This document shows positions 10,917-22,601 of a stretch of DNA of 64,000 nucleotides, in pieces. The stretch covers positions 30,442,001 to 30,506,000 of the forward strand of contig OX597820.1 of NCBI GenBank assembly GCA_951406725.2. Direction: 5' to 3'. This DNA comes from Octopus vulgaris (taxonomy: Eukaryota). Within the stretch, counting starts at the first letter, position 1, and each line of letters starts with the position of its first letter. Below the pieces are notes generated by a model. The model saw only the letters and a program-made list of their open reading frames with translations, ran no database searches and had not been told where the DNA came from. Position numbers and translations under genes: made by a program.

Positions 10917-13900
10917 ACAGCTATGAGCTGAAACTACAGCAAAAAAAAAAAAATGTTGAAACAATGTATTGTAATTAAATGCCCAGAGCAGAAAATTCAA
11001 ATAATAATTTTAAAAAAAACAGGATAATTTTTTTTACCCAAAATAGCAAAACACCTTAAAAATTAATTTAAAAAAATTAATTAATTTAAAAAAAAAAAAA
11101 AAAAAAAGCAATTTCCACATCGACAGAATATAGAGAAACAATATTGAATATCTGCTTGGCTTGATTTCATGTGGTAGTGGTAAAAAGCCCGACTCCACTT
11201 CTGAAACATAACCCCTTTTTCTTGGTACTTCTATAAAAACAAATGGAGGGGGATAACTCAATCCGGCTGTATATACTAAAAAGTAAAATTTCTATTTTAA
11301 AACGTGTAAAACCTTAATTTACAGAGAATCTATAATGAATTATAAAAATTAGTAACTGGTAATTTATTTATGATTTGATAAACAATTCATACTTGTTATA
11401 AATACATTTAGTAAATCCTCATTCAGTGTTTGATAAGGTCAGGTGTTACACGTAAAGTTAAACCCAAAATATACCAGTGTCGTAAAAACCATCAGGATCG
11501 ATTGACACTGAATACACTAATGATAACTATTTATTGTTATTTATTTATTTCTTATCACAACAAGTTTCTAATGGGTCAATCACAGGTTCACCACATTTCT
11601 AAAAGTGAGAGTGACAAGAGAGTATCTATAGCTCAAGGTAGAACAAATATCATAAGGGGCTTGGTTTGAAAAGCACTTTAATTGTTCCCTCACCAAGGTT
11701 TACACATTATGAATGTGTTTGAATATTTCACTGATAAGCACCAGCAAAACACACACACACACACATGATAAACTTTCAGTTTCTCTCTATCAAATTTCAC
11801 TCACAAGATGTTAGTCAACCCAAGGTTATAGTAGAAGATGTATCACTGATGTATCATTTAGTGCAATCAAACCAGGAATCATGTGGTTGTAAAGTGAACT
11901 TTTTAAGTACACACCCAAGCTTGCATCCACAATGGACTAGATGTTTGACATACAAGTGTTACATCAAATATATAGTAATACTAGTTCAAAAATTTTGGCA
12001 TAAGGCCAGGAATTTCAGGGGAGGGGGCAAGTCAATTACATCAACCCCAGTACTCAACTGGTACTTATTTATCAACCCTGAAAGGATGAAAGGCAAAGTT
12101 GACCTTAGTGGCATTTGAACTCAGAACCTAAACACAGACAAAATACTGCTGAGTATTTTGCCTGGCATGCTTGTGGTTCTGTCAGATTGCTACCTTAAAA
12201 TATATAGTAATATTAACATAGATTAATTTTTAAAATACCAACAAACACTCTAGTTTTTAAGATAACTAAAGAAGGCAATAAACATTACTATACATTCTAG
12301 CTAGCTGATGGTAATATTAACACAAGTTAACAAGGGAGTTCCTATGTGGGAGCTCCACCTACTGCAAGTAGCAGCCAAATTTACCTTAAATTACAAACTG
12401 CTATTTAAAAAAAAAAAAAAAAAAAGGGTACACATTGGATCATGTGGCTTTAAATTCATGAAAGGCAAACTCATTCCAATTGGAACACCTTTGATCATAG
12501 GACTCAGTTTGGGCTCACCTGATGCTAAATAACAAAAACAGCAGTAACCAGGTCAGTTGCTTTTAAGTGCTTTAGTCAGTTATGGAAGAAAATATGTCTA
12601 CATCATATTATCATCATTTTTATGTGTTTCTTCCACACTGGCATTGGTTAGACAAGAATTTGAGGCTGTATTCTACAGCCTGATGCCTTTTCTGTCAACA
12701 ACTATGACTTGTTATGTATATGTATATGCACATTACATATAATGGTTAGTTTTTAAAAAGAATTAGCATCAGAAAAGTATTATAGTCCTACAGCTAAATT
12801 TTGGTAATGCAATTCCATTACTACTGCTAGTTCAGAAGTAAAGGTCCCTACATTGAATCTAATGAGGTACAATGCACATGTCCAAGAATAAGGACACCTG
12901 CTGATGATCAAAGATCAAACCAAGAGTAAAATAGTAATCTTAGACACTTACACATTTAATCAGCATTATTCAACTAGAACTATGAAAACGACTAGTTTAG
13001 GTAAAATACCATCTAACCAGCACCTTGTCCCATTCAGAACTACATATTGCACTTGCCTCTTTTTACATGTTCTTACTTATATTTTGTTTCACTTCCCAAG
13101 CTCTTGTATGTAGTCATCATCTCCAAAGTCTCAATATTTGAATGAACCACTAGCATCCAACTCTTTAGATTCTGCATTAACCAAATCAATATCACATCTC
13201 CATCTGATGTCAGTGAACCCTCAAGAAATTGAAGCAATATCACTATTCTTCAAAGGCAAAAGTTAAAGAGAAAGAAAACTAAAATCTGCTATGAGTGAGT
13301 AAATTACTACTATTGTATCTAAAACTATTCTATGTATCTACACCATTATTGCTGTGTAATAAAAGAATCATTTCAATAAGTATTCTTTACAAACTACTTC
13401 ATGAAGAAAAATGGAAACCATTGATAAAATGACTATAACTAGTTTATTGATAATGATATCATCATTATCATCATGTTAGAATGAGTTGGTTACGGTTACA
13501 TTACATTTTTTTATGCACCTCTATGAGCACACCTTCTGTGAACAGTACCAACAATAGACATTTGTTAGTTAACACAATGGGGTAAGTAGAATACCATATA
13601 AAACTGAAGAGAAATGTTGAAATTTTGTACAAGTTTGCAATCAAATTTAATTAAAGATAAATATTTTAAAATATTTGGAAACTTGTGAAACTTACCCCTG
13701 AGACATTAGTTTAAATCAAGTCATATCTGAACAAAATAACAAACACAAACAGCACTTTGATAATATAAGTGCTATAGTTAACCTATTGTAATAGGACTGT
13801 GTTAAAATCTGTTAACAGTGATTATAACCTGTAGGAAATAACAATACTGACTGCCGTACTAAATAACCAGTAGTAATTACAGCAATTAACAATTCGTTTA

Positions 13901-14349
13901 GAATGTGATGACAACTCAAGTGGTAACTAAAGCTTAATCCATATAGAAAAATATAAAAAGAAAAAAAAAAGAAAATCAATAGTTTCCTTAATACATATAC
14001 ACACAATTTGCTGCTTTAGTTAGTAGTGAAACTTCATTGAAATTGAATGAAAGTGTTATGGTAGACTTTAGTAATAACTGAAAAAATATAGGTATTCTTA
14101 TTTTGGGCAAGTTTAAAACCTCCACCTGGTCTTTCAATGCCTCTCTTAGAGCTAAGTCTGTTGCAAGCATTCAGACTAGGTCTCCAACTTGAGGATGACT
14201 TCTTTCCTTCTTCCACTCATCTTGTAGGCTCTGAACAGAGTAGTAGGTACTGTCCTTCTGCCTATGACTAAGTTATAAGACAAAAGTTACTTGGTAGTTT
14301 TTGTATTTGATTTGCAAAATTCTTTATGTGAATTCGTGTGTTGAAACAA

Positions 14350-14622
14350 AATTTATTGTGTCTAGGAAGAGTCATTATGCCAATACTAATAACACATGCA
14401 CTAGTTCAATTCCACTCCTTTATTTCTAACCAAAAATAAATAAAAAAACAAACAAACAAAAACAAAACAAATGACTGACTGTTTAACCAACAAGTTAAAC
14501 AAATGATTAATTAATTAGTTGGATAGATATTTAACCAATTGACAAATAATAAAGAAGCGAAATTGAACCAGTGTGTGTGTTATTAATAATGGTGTAATGA
14601 TTCTCCCTAGTCACAACAAAAA
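14350..14622. repeat. Foldback/inverted repeat (~62-bp arms)
   Basis: 14352-14413 is the imperfect reverse complement of 14559-14620. Related sequence at ~8295-8385. Confidence 0.75.
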
Positions 14623-16631
14623 TTACTTACATATATCTTTCAAACTGTGAAATAACATTGATTTATGTCCTTATTTCTTCAGTGATCCTTCAAATATTTC
14701 TTTGAAATTCAGTAAATATTAAAACAGTTACCATTTAATAAGCATTTCTTTTGATTAGGTTTGAAGTGAATTTTGTAGGGCAGAAAATATAGTTGACTGA
14801 GTTAATTTCTTTAAAGGGTGTCTCTCATCTATAGAAATGGAGAAACCTTCTCTTGCTAATGGCATTACCAATGTTTGTGAAAGAGGTCCCGATTTATGAT
14901 CACATCCAGATTATGTATTTGGTCTGTCAAGAACTTGCCTATTAGGACAAACATCAAAACTGATCCCTTATCAGATTTTACATAAAAACAATGGGATACA
15001 GTAGCAGGTAGAGTAATGTATCAAACCTCGCTTCCAGCAGTCTTTATCAAATCCTTCAACCTTGAAATGATAATTTTAAAAAATACATAAAATGCAAACA
15101 AAATATATATATAATGTACACATACTTTTACATAAATAAAGTAATATATATATATATATTTACTTAAAAAAAAAATTAACAAAATGTACATTTAAACATT
15201 TTACAAGCAAAACTAAAGCAAAACACAGAAACCATTGATTTACAATAAATGAGGGAGCTTTATAAATTAAGAGGAAGCGGATTAAGTCTGTAAGTGATAA
15301 ACACTTAAAGGACCCTAAACCATTTTGGGCAAACAGATCTTCACATTAAACAGAGTTTTTTTCAGGTTTATGACAACCACCCTTATAATTAAATAGCTGG
15401 ATACAATTATTATATTACTAGTACTTATATCAACCCCAGTTGATTTGAACCTCATAGCATTTGAGAATAGACCAGTACAATATGTAACTAAATGGGTTAA
15501 GCCAATTTTATAGAGGAAAGGGAGTGATGTGTTGTAATATTTATCATTCCCAAAGACATTATGAGTCGCAACTGTGTATCAGAACCATTTCAGATTAATC
15601 AGGTAAGAATTTACATGTATACCCAAACTTATTTATACACACATTCATACAATTGGTTTTGCCTGTTTTTCCTGTATCTATACACACATTCACATAATTG
15701 TTTTTTCTTGTTTTATATTTGTTTATCAAATTAGTTCATAGATACATATTCATACACAAATACCTTTATAGTTACATGTGTAACCTACACTAAGTCACTG
15801 ACAACTCAGGTAAAAAAAAAAAAAATCATGAAGTTTTGTATACTGATCAACATAAAGTTTTAGATCAGTAAGTATGTACACAAACTCCAACAAGAATGGC
15901 TTAAAATGGGTACAACCTATCACTGAGTCACAGGCCAAAAAAAAACTGATAAAGTAAACTAAGGTTTAAAATCAAAAGCAAATATGATTCAGTCAAATGT
16001 TACATCCAGCATGAGACCAGCAAAAGAGATTTAATCACAAGAGAAGATGAACTCGACACCTCATAACAAATCTCCTCAGGGGAAAAGAGGTCACTGAGCT
16101 TTGTTTTGAATCACTGACCTAAGCCTTTTATACCGACATGACATCGAGATATGTAAGTTTGATCACAAAACAGAATGCAGCCAACTTTTCATAGCAAGCT
16201 TTCTGGTTTGTGTGGTCTGCCTTAAGTCACTGGATTTTAACTTCTGAACCAGTGACTTAAGGTCTAAAACCAAATAGGTCTCATGTATTGATGTAACTGA
16301 GACTGACAAAACAGGAGAAAGAATAGAATGAGATTGCTGATTTTTTTTTTTTAATGAAAGGAAAATCTCCGTCCAGTCAATGCTACCAACATCACTAACC
16401 TTGACCTTAAGTTTGACCACCATAAACCAATAGTAGAAAACCATTATACAAAGTGAAAAAAATATATTAGGAAGAATTCTTCTGTATGTTGTATCTTGTT
16501 TCATTTCTTTTTATGTCCATTTTTCCATACCATTTATTATACAAGTATAATAATAATGAGGTATTGTTTTATAGCCTGATGCTCTTCCTGACACTAACCT
16601 TTGTTTTTCAAAACATGTATTTTATTTTAAT

Positions 16632-17850
16632 TGCATGATATCAAGGATAAACCAATGATTTCAACATGAAATCTTTGACTTTATAAAAGACTACCATTAT
16701 TTAGCTTACTCTATATTTCCTTCATGGTTTACATAAACCATTTACAACAAATCAAAAGTCATCATTGCTATCATAATCATCCACATTCTTCTTATTATTA
16801 ATATTAAGTTGGTGAAATGGTGATATGAAATGTTAGATCAATTGCCTTTCGGTATTTGGTTCTGTCCATCTACATTATGAGTTCAAATCCTGCCGGGATC
16901 AACAAAAACAAATACCAATCATATGCTACAACGATTCAATCAATTATATCTCACTCTTAAAAATTTGTGACCTTATGACAGAGGGAGAAATCATCATTAT
17001 CATTGTTGCCATCATCATCATCTTGTATTATATCTTATGTGCATGATATCAAGAACAAACCAATGATTTCAACATGAAACCTTTGACTTTATAAAATCTA
17101 AAATGATATAATTCAGGAATAGAGAATGAAGTTGGAATAATTCTACTTTGTAAAATAGCTTTAAAAAATGTTTTCTAACCACTGTCCCAAGATAATGCAG
17201 TAACTTCTGGAAAATATTTCCAGTAAACAATCTCAAATTACAAACCTAAAATCTTTTGACACCAATCCACCTGAGACCAACCCTACTTCTATGATACAAA
17301 CTTATTGTTTTAAAGCGGCCTAAATTAAAATCTTCTATCAAATTTTCACAATCATTTAAGCTCTAAACACCAGTTTAATAATGACAGAAATATAGTTACA
17401 AAGGTTAAACCATTTTACTCAATAATATTTAATATATTGGTATTCTAAATTGTTAACCTTATTATCATTTTCATTGCAGTTAATAGAGCAGAGAAAATGA
17501 AACATTAAAGAGCTTTGCTTATCTTCTGTTCAGTCAACTGAAGAGAGACCACCATTATTTAGCTTACTCTATATTTCTTTCTGTTTTACACAAACCATTT
17601 CTAACAAATCAAAAGTCATCATTGCTATTATAATCATCAACAATCTTATCATTATTAATATTAAAGTGGTGAAGTGATGATATGAAATGTCAGATCAGTA
17701 GCCTTTCATATTTGGTTCTGTCCATCTATATTATGGGTTCAAATCCTGCTAGGGTTGACAAATAACAACTACTAGCCATATGCTACAATGACTCAGTCAA
17801 TTATATCTCTCTCTTAAAAATTTGTGACAGTGGGAGAAATCATCATCATT
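16632..17850. repeat. Local duplication; second copy has ~450 bp extra including a MITE
   Basis: 16632-16688 matches 17040-17096 and 16693-17005 matches 17550-17850. A piggyBac-type MITE remnant lies at ~17250-17410. Confidence 0.75.
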
Positions 17851-18106
17851 ATCACCACCACCATTATTATCATTATCATTATTATTATTATTTGCTTCAA
17901 AAAGCAAACCAAAAGATGATCTTTCCATAAGAAAAAATATATTTGATATGTTAATGTATGAGTTAATAACATATGTTGGTCAACAACAACAACAGAAACA
18001 TTAAACATTTAAAAAACAAAACCAAAAAAATAAATAGTAGAGAGGTGGTCAAAAGTTTCTAAGACCTCACTGGGAAACTTAATTGGTTAATTAATTATGT
18101 AATTAA

Positions 18107-18340
18107 TTAATTAGTCTTCCGTAGCTTTTCACTTGACAGTTGGTTACTCTCAATCCATTTTTGTAGCTCTGGACTCACATTAGGAGGGTCTATATTTCTT
18201 CCTTCAATTTCATAAATAAGATCTTGTGGCGTGACTCCCAACAAAGCCAGATTTATATAAACAACAGCACAGATGAACTTATCTTTTTGTCGTTCAAATA
18301 CGTGTTGCAAATATATAGCTTTATTGTCCCAGCTGAGAAT
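18107..18340 (-). CDS. THEM6: THEM6-like thioesterase, coding exon 3 (last)
   Basis: Acceptor ttcttgtag|ATT. ILSWDNKAIYLQHVFERQKDKFICAVVYINLALLGVTPQDLIYEIEGRNIDPPNVSPELQKWIESNQLSSEKLRKTN*, aligning with the THEM6 C-terminus (LLGWDDRAFYLE...PPELPADLQHWI). Confidence 0.92.
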   Translation of the reverse strand: MLSWDNKAIYLQHVFERQKDKFICAVVYINLALLGVTPQDLIYEIEGRNIDPPNVSPELQKWIESNQLSSEKLRKTN

Positions 18341-18425
18341 CTACAAGAAAAAGCAAAAGATATGAGAGAGAGAGACAGAAAGGGAGTATCTGTGTTTGTT
18401 CATCACTCACTACATACATCTGTGT

Positions 18426-18745
18426 GAAGGCACATGGCTTAGTGGTTATGATATTTGGCTTGCAATTGTTAGGTCATGAGTTCAATTGCTGGCAATGCAC
18501 TGTGTCCTTGAGCAAGACATTTTATTTCACATTGCTCTAGTTCATTCAGCTGGCAAAAATGAGTAGTACCTGTATTTCAAAGGGACAGCCTTGCCATATT
18601 CAGTGTCATGCTAAATCTCCCTGAGAACTACATTAAGGGCACACATGTCTGGAATGCTCATCCATTTGCACGTTAATTTCACATTAAGCAGGTTGTTCCA
18701 TCAATCAGAGCAACTGGAACCCTTATCGTACCCAATGGAATGTCA
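18426..18745 (+). mobile_element. tRNA-derived SINE family C with a CORE/Meta-like central domain
   Basis: A box TGGCTTAGTGG, B box GAGTTCAATT, central 'gtgtccttgagcaagaca...cattcagctg'. Minus-strand relatives at ~32095-32358 and ~45420-45560. Confidence 0.7.
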
Positions 18746-19394
18746 GCTACATCCATCTCTAACCATCTACCATTCTCTGCTCACACTGTTATGATATTAC
18801 CTACCTTTCTTTCCCCACAAATTCATTGCCTATATTCTCCCTTATAATTTACCTTCTTGTACCTTGAAAGTATGCTCTGGCACCCTGTCCCCATTAACTT
18901 TATCTTCCTTTTACAATGGAGTAACCATATATCTTATCTGTAGCAAAACACCTGTGCTTGTTCCTTTATCTTTCAACACCTCTTCCTCTCTCAAATATAC
19001 TCCCACTCAATAAAGAGGGCTTTTTCTTTCTTTTCATGACTTCACTACTGCTGATGTTATGAAAAAAGTATGCAGTACACACTGTGTAGTGGTTGGCATT
19101 AAGAAGGGCGTCCAACCATTGAAACCATGCCAAAGCCAACACTGGAGCCTGATGCAGCTCTGCAGTTTGTAAGATCCTGTCAAACCATCCAACCCATGTC
19201 AAGATAGAAAACAGATATTAAATGAAGAAGATAATGATGATCTTACACATATGCATAGACATTATTCTGTAATTGTAATGTGTTCAGTCCCAGTTTAAGG
19301 CTCTTCAGGCAAGTGCCCTCTCATGTAGCCCTGTACCAACCAAAATCTTGTGACTGGATTTGGTAGAGAGAGACTGAATAAAGCCTGCCATATA

Positions 19395-19805
19395 GGCGCA
19401 GGAGTGGCTGTGTGGTAAGTAGCTTGTTTACCAACCACATGGTTCCAGGTTCAGTCCCACTGCGTGGCACCTTGGGCAAATGTCTTCTACTATAGCCTCG
19501 GGCTGACCAAAGCCTTGTGAGTGGATTTGGTAGACAGAAACTGAAAGAAGCCCGTCGTATATATGTATATATATGTATGTGCATGTATGTTTGTGTATCT
19601 GTGTTTGTCCCCCTAGCATTGCTTGACAACCGATGCTGGTGTGTTTATGACCCCGTCACTTAGCGGTTCAGCAAAAGAGGCCGATAGAATAAGTACTGGG
19701 CTTACAAAGAATAAGTCCTGGGGTCGAGTTGCTCGACTAAAGGCGGTGCTCCAGCATGGCCGCAGTCAAATGACTGAAACAAGTAAAAGAGAGTAAAAGA
19801 GAGAG
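19395..19805 (+). mobile_element. tRNA-derived SINE family A, near full length
   Basis: A box TGGCTGTGTGG, B box GGTTCAGTCC, internal (TA/TG) microsatellite, tail 'gactgaaacaagtaaaagagagtaaaaga'. Other copies at 28268-28619(+), 35297-35646(-), 30580-30755(-), 23940-24140(+), 11775-11920(-), 32535-32680(-), 40240-40370(+) and 54495-54645(-). Confidence 0.9.
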
Positions 19806-19994
19806 TATATATAAATATATATATCACACACACATGACACACAATCACACACATATACATAGAATGCCTTTGACTATAGATTAACTTATCCCTCTCCGAA
19901 ATTTTAGGACTTGTGCCTCTATTAGTAGCAATTATTGGTCTGTTGGATCAAGGCTAACCAAGGGTTGAACAACAACAGCAACAACATATTTTAC

Positions 19995-20194
19995 CTTTGT
20001 CTTAATTGTGTAAATATCAAACAACTGGATGGAGCGCCTGTATCGGATGGTTGAAGCCTTCACTAACATTCGACCTCTTGTCTTCAAGCCACTGTTACGG
20101 ATCCAGAATGAAAAGCGTGCCCAGTCACACTCACGGAGGTAACGTGCATTGTTCATATGCCATTGAAAATCCATGTCTGTAGTGAGGCAGATAG
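19995..20194 (-). CDS. THEM6: THEM6-like thioesterase, coding exon 2
   Basis: Acceptor ccctcag|CT and donor AAG|gtaaaa. (A)ICLTTDMDFQWHMNNARYLRECDWARF...ASTIRYRRSIQLFDIYTIKTK contains the hotdog-fold motif DxxxHMNNARYL. Confidence 0.95.
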
Positions 20195-20391
20195 CTGAGG
20201 GAAAGAAAACAAGAAATCAAAGATAGTGACATAAATGCTAGCAATGGTAATGGTAACGGCAGATATAGTAAATATCCATATAACTACACATACACAATCA
20301 CACAAACGGGAAGACAAAAACAGTGCAAAAGCCCATCTGATAAACTGTACCTTTTCTTGAATGGTTTAAAACCAGCACCTCACCTTTACAG

Positions 20392-20672
20392 AAGTGATAC
20401 CCAACCTATTTTGCATTATCAATTAATTTCATGCAAGACAATTTTTCCACAGACCAGGGGATCACATGCATAACAAAACACAATAAAGTGCATGATATAT
20501 AATTTAATTATTACATATATTATACATATCTATTAGATGTAAAATACATATAAAATGCAAAAACATCTGGCAAACTGCAGTAGTCAATGAAATAGAAATA
20601 AAATTTTAAAATTCATTCTTTCTGTATAGCCCAGTAGCAAATGATCCAGGGGCTGGTAGTTGAAGATCATTG
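20392..20672. mobile_element. hAT-Charlie (MER1-like) MITE
   Basis: 5' 'agtgatacccaacc...tttcatgcaagacaatttttccacagacc' resembles Charlie/MER1 ends. 3' end GTTGAAGATCATTG, with partial 8-bp TSD CTTTACAG/CTTTAATA. Confidence 0.55.
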
Positions 20673-21902
20673 CTTTAATAGAAATAACCCATAACATCTG
20701 CAAAATATTTTTTTTAAAACACTCAAGGGAAATAATCCATTTCATTATTTATGTTTACTTTGAATATTGATTTTTTGTGTGTCCAATTTCTAATTTTTGC
20801 AGACAATATCACTTTATTTGACATGTGAGTAGAACTCATGTCTGGAAACTTCATGACACTTAGATTGTTGAAAAAAAATCGATAATAGGGCTCCTCCAAT
20901 GGATCCTTCTATCTACTACATATCACTAATATTTTATTTAAACAACCCAAGGGAAATAACCCATACCACCTGCAGATTTTAGCAAAGCGATCAATATTTG
21001 ATTCTCACGAACGGCCAACCTAATTCTGCATTTCACTACTCACGGTTTTGAACTGCTAAACATTATTATTGCACTTCTTTAATTTGAATCTTAAATGTTA
21101 AAGACTTCATTCATACATTTCTATACATACATATTTTTCTGAATGCCCATTACTCTGATATTTCTGCAGTTTTACAGTTACACTTTTTCCATGACAGTAG
21201 ATAAATTTTTTTATTCCACAATGTATTTGTAGTGGCTTCATGCAGGCATAGCGAGGATTCGATCCTCAATTGCCAAATTCCACTCAACACTTCAACAGCG
21301 CTTTTCTCACAGTAAAACAATAGTTTTTCTGTGAATGACAACAGTTATACATTTCCCAGCTGCCTTCACTAAGCAGAATAATATCTTTGCTGCTTGACCC
21401 TTCTATCCTCTTCTAGGCCACCAATGGCTGGAATGAAGATAATAGACCTCCAACGAAATTATTTGTTCTCAACAATATGTCTATTCTTCTGGCTGCTTTT
21501 TGATAGTTATAAAAACCAGAACTTCATAAGCTAAAGGCATACATATATATGTATGTATGTGTATGTAATACAATTTTTCTGAATTTTCAGATTTTTATAT
21601 ATACTAGGCTACTGGTTTTAAATTGATGTTAATTAAATTAATATTCAATTTATCACCCTCATTATGTATGTATATATACATATATATATATATGTTTGTG
21701 TGTGTGTGTATATAGATATATATATATTTACTTATATATAAAGTATACTAGCCATCTCAATATGGCTAACCACTAGGGGTGGGTGTTACTGTAGCTTTTT
21801 AGCCCCAGGAGATCATCGTCTCCAGCTGGCTTTAGACACAATTTCTGTGACCTTATGATATTTGCAAAGGGAGGTCATCCCCTCTTGTAAACCTAAGTGA
21901 TA

Positions 21903-21947
21903 CGCATGGACTGCAGTTTCGAGATTATTGTCTCTTGTCAACACACG
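21903..21947 (-). ncRNA. Minimal type-I hammerhead ribozyme, U3-A8 core variant (sense to THEM6 pre-mRNA)
   Basis: Minus strand reads CGTGTG-TTGACAA-GAGA caataa TCTC-GAAA-C tgca G-TC-CATGCG: stem I, core, stem II, GAAA, palindromic stem III, GUC cleavage triplet. Confidence 0.8.
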
Positions 21948-22274
21948 ATAATCACCGGTTTTCGATGAGGAGAGACCTGTTTGCAAATATCCATTTAATG
22001 TTTTTCCCAGTAACCACTGTCACTGATTTCGAAAAACGGTCTGAAAGCAATAATAAATCTCTGAATGAGATGTAAACAGTAAGCGCTTGACAACGTAAAG
22101 TATACTAGCCATCTCAATATGGCTAACCATTAGGGGTGGGTGTTACTGTAGCTTTTTAGCCCCAGGAGATCATCGTCTCCGAGATTTATTATTGCTTTCA
22201 GACCGTTTTTTGAAATCAGTGACAGTGGTTACTGGGAAAAACATTAAATAGATATTCGCAAAACAGGTGATTAC

Positions 22275-22319
22275 CGTGTGTTGACAAGAGACAATAATCT
22301 CGAAACTGCAGTCCATGCG
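22275..22319 (+). ncRNA. Minimal type-I hammerhead ribozyme, U3-A8 core variant
   Basis: CGTGTG(22275) TTGACAA GAGA-caataa-TCTC GAAA CTGCAG TC^CATGCG, with predicted cleavage after 22313. Identical to the minus-strand copy. Confidence 0.8.
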
Positions 22320-22601
22320 TATCACTTAGGTTTACGAGAGGGGATGACCGCCCTTTGCAAATATCATAAGGTCACAGAAATTGTGTCTAAAGCCAGCTGG
22401 AGACGATGATCTCCTGGGCTAAAAAGCTACAGTAACACCCACCCCTAGTGGTTAGCCATATTAAGATGGCTAGTATACTTTACGTTGTTGAGCGCTTACT
22501 GTTTACATCTCGTTCAGAGATTTATTATTGCTTACTTATATATATTTATCTACTAATGCAGTGTGAGCACTCATTCTCATTGATGAATATTAGCATTAAT
22601 A

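Larger units (their letters stand above)
21741..22531. mobile_element. Retrozyme or Penelope-pLTR-like insertion: ~357-nt hammerhead-containing unit in tandem plus inverted arrangement
   Basis: Unit 21739-22095 restarts at 22096-22180. An inverted copy spans 22181-22516 (about 21-nt deletion) with terminal redundancy to ~22531. TSD TTACTTATATATA at 21728-21740 and 22532-22544. No credible protein-coding frame. Confidence 0.8.

Noticed and set aside
12895-12930. CTGATGA-TCAAAGA-TCAAAC as a hammerhead
   Set aside because: Lacks GAAA and a supportable stem I/III.
14126-14230. Possible minus-strand exon (ttcag|AGCC...CAG|gtggag)
   Set aside because: Stops in the frames checked and no partner exons.
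19395-19470. Possible tRNA gene
   Set aside because: A/B boxes are the head of a multi-copy SINE; no convincing cloverleaf.
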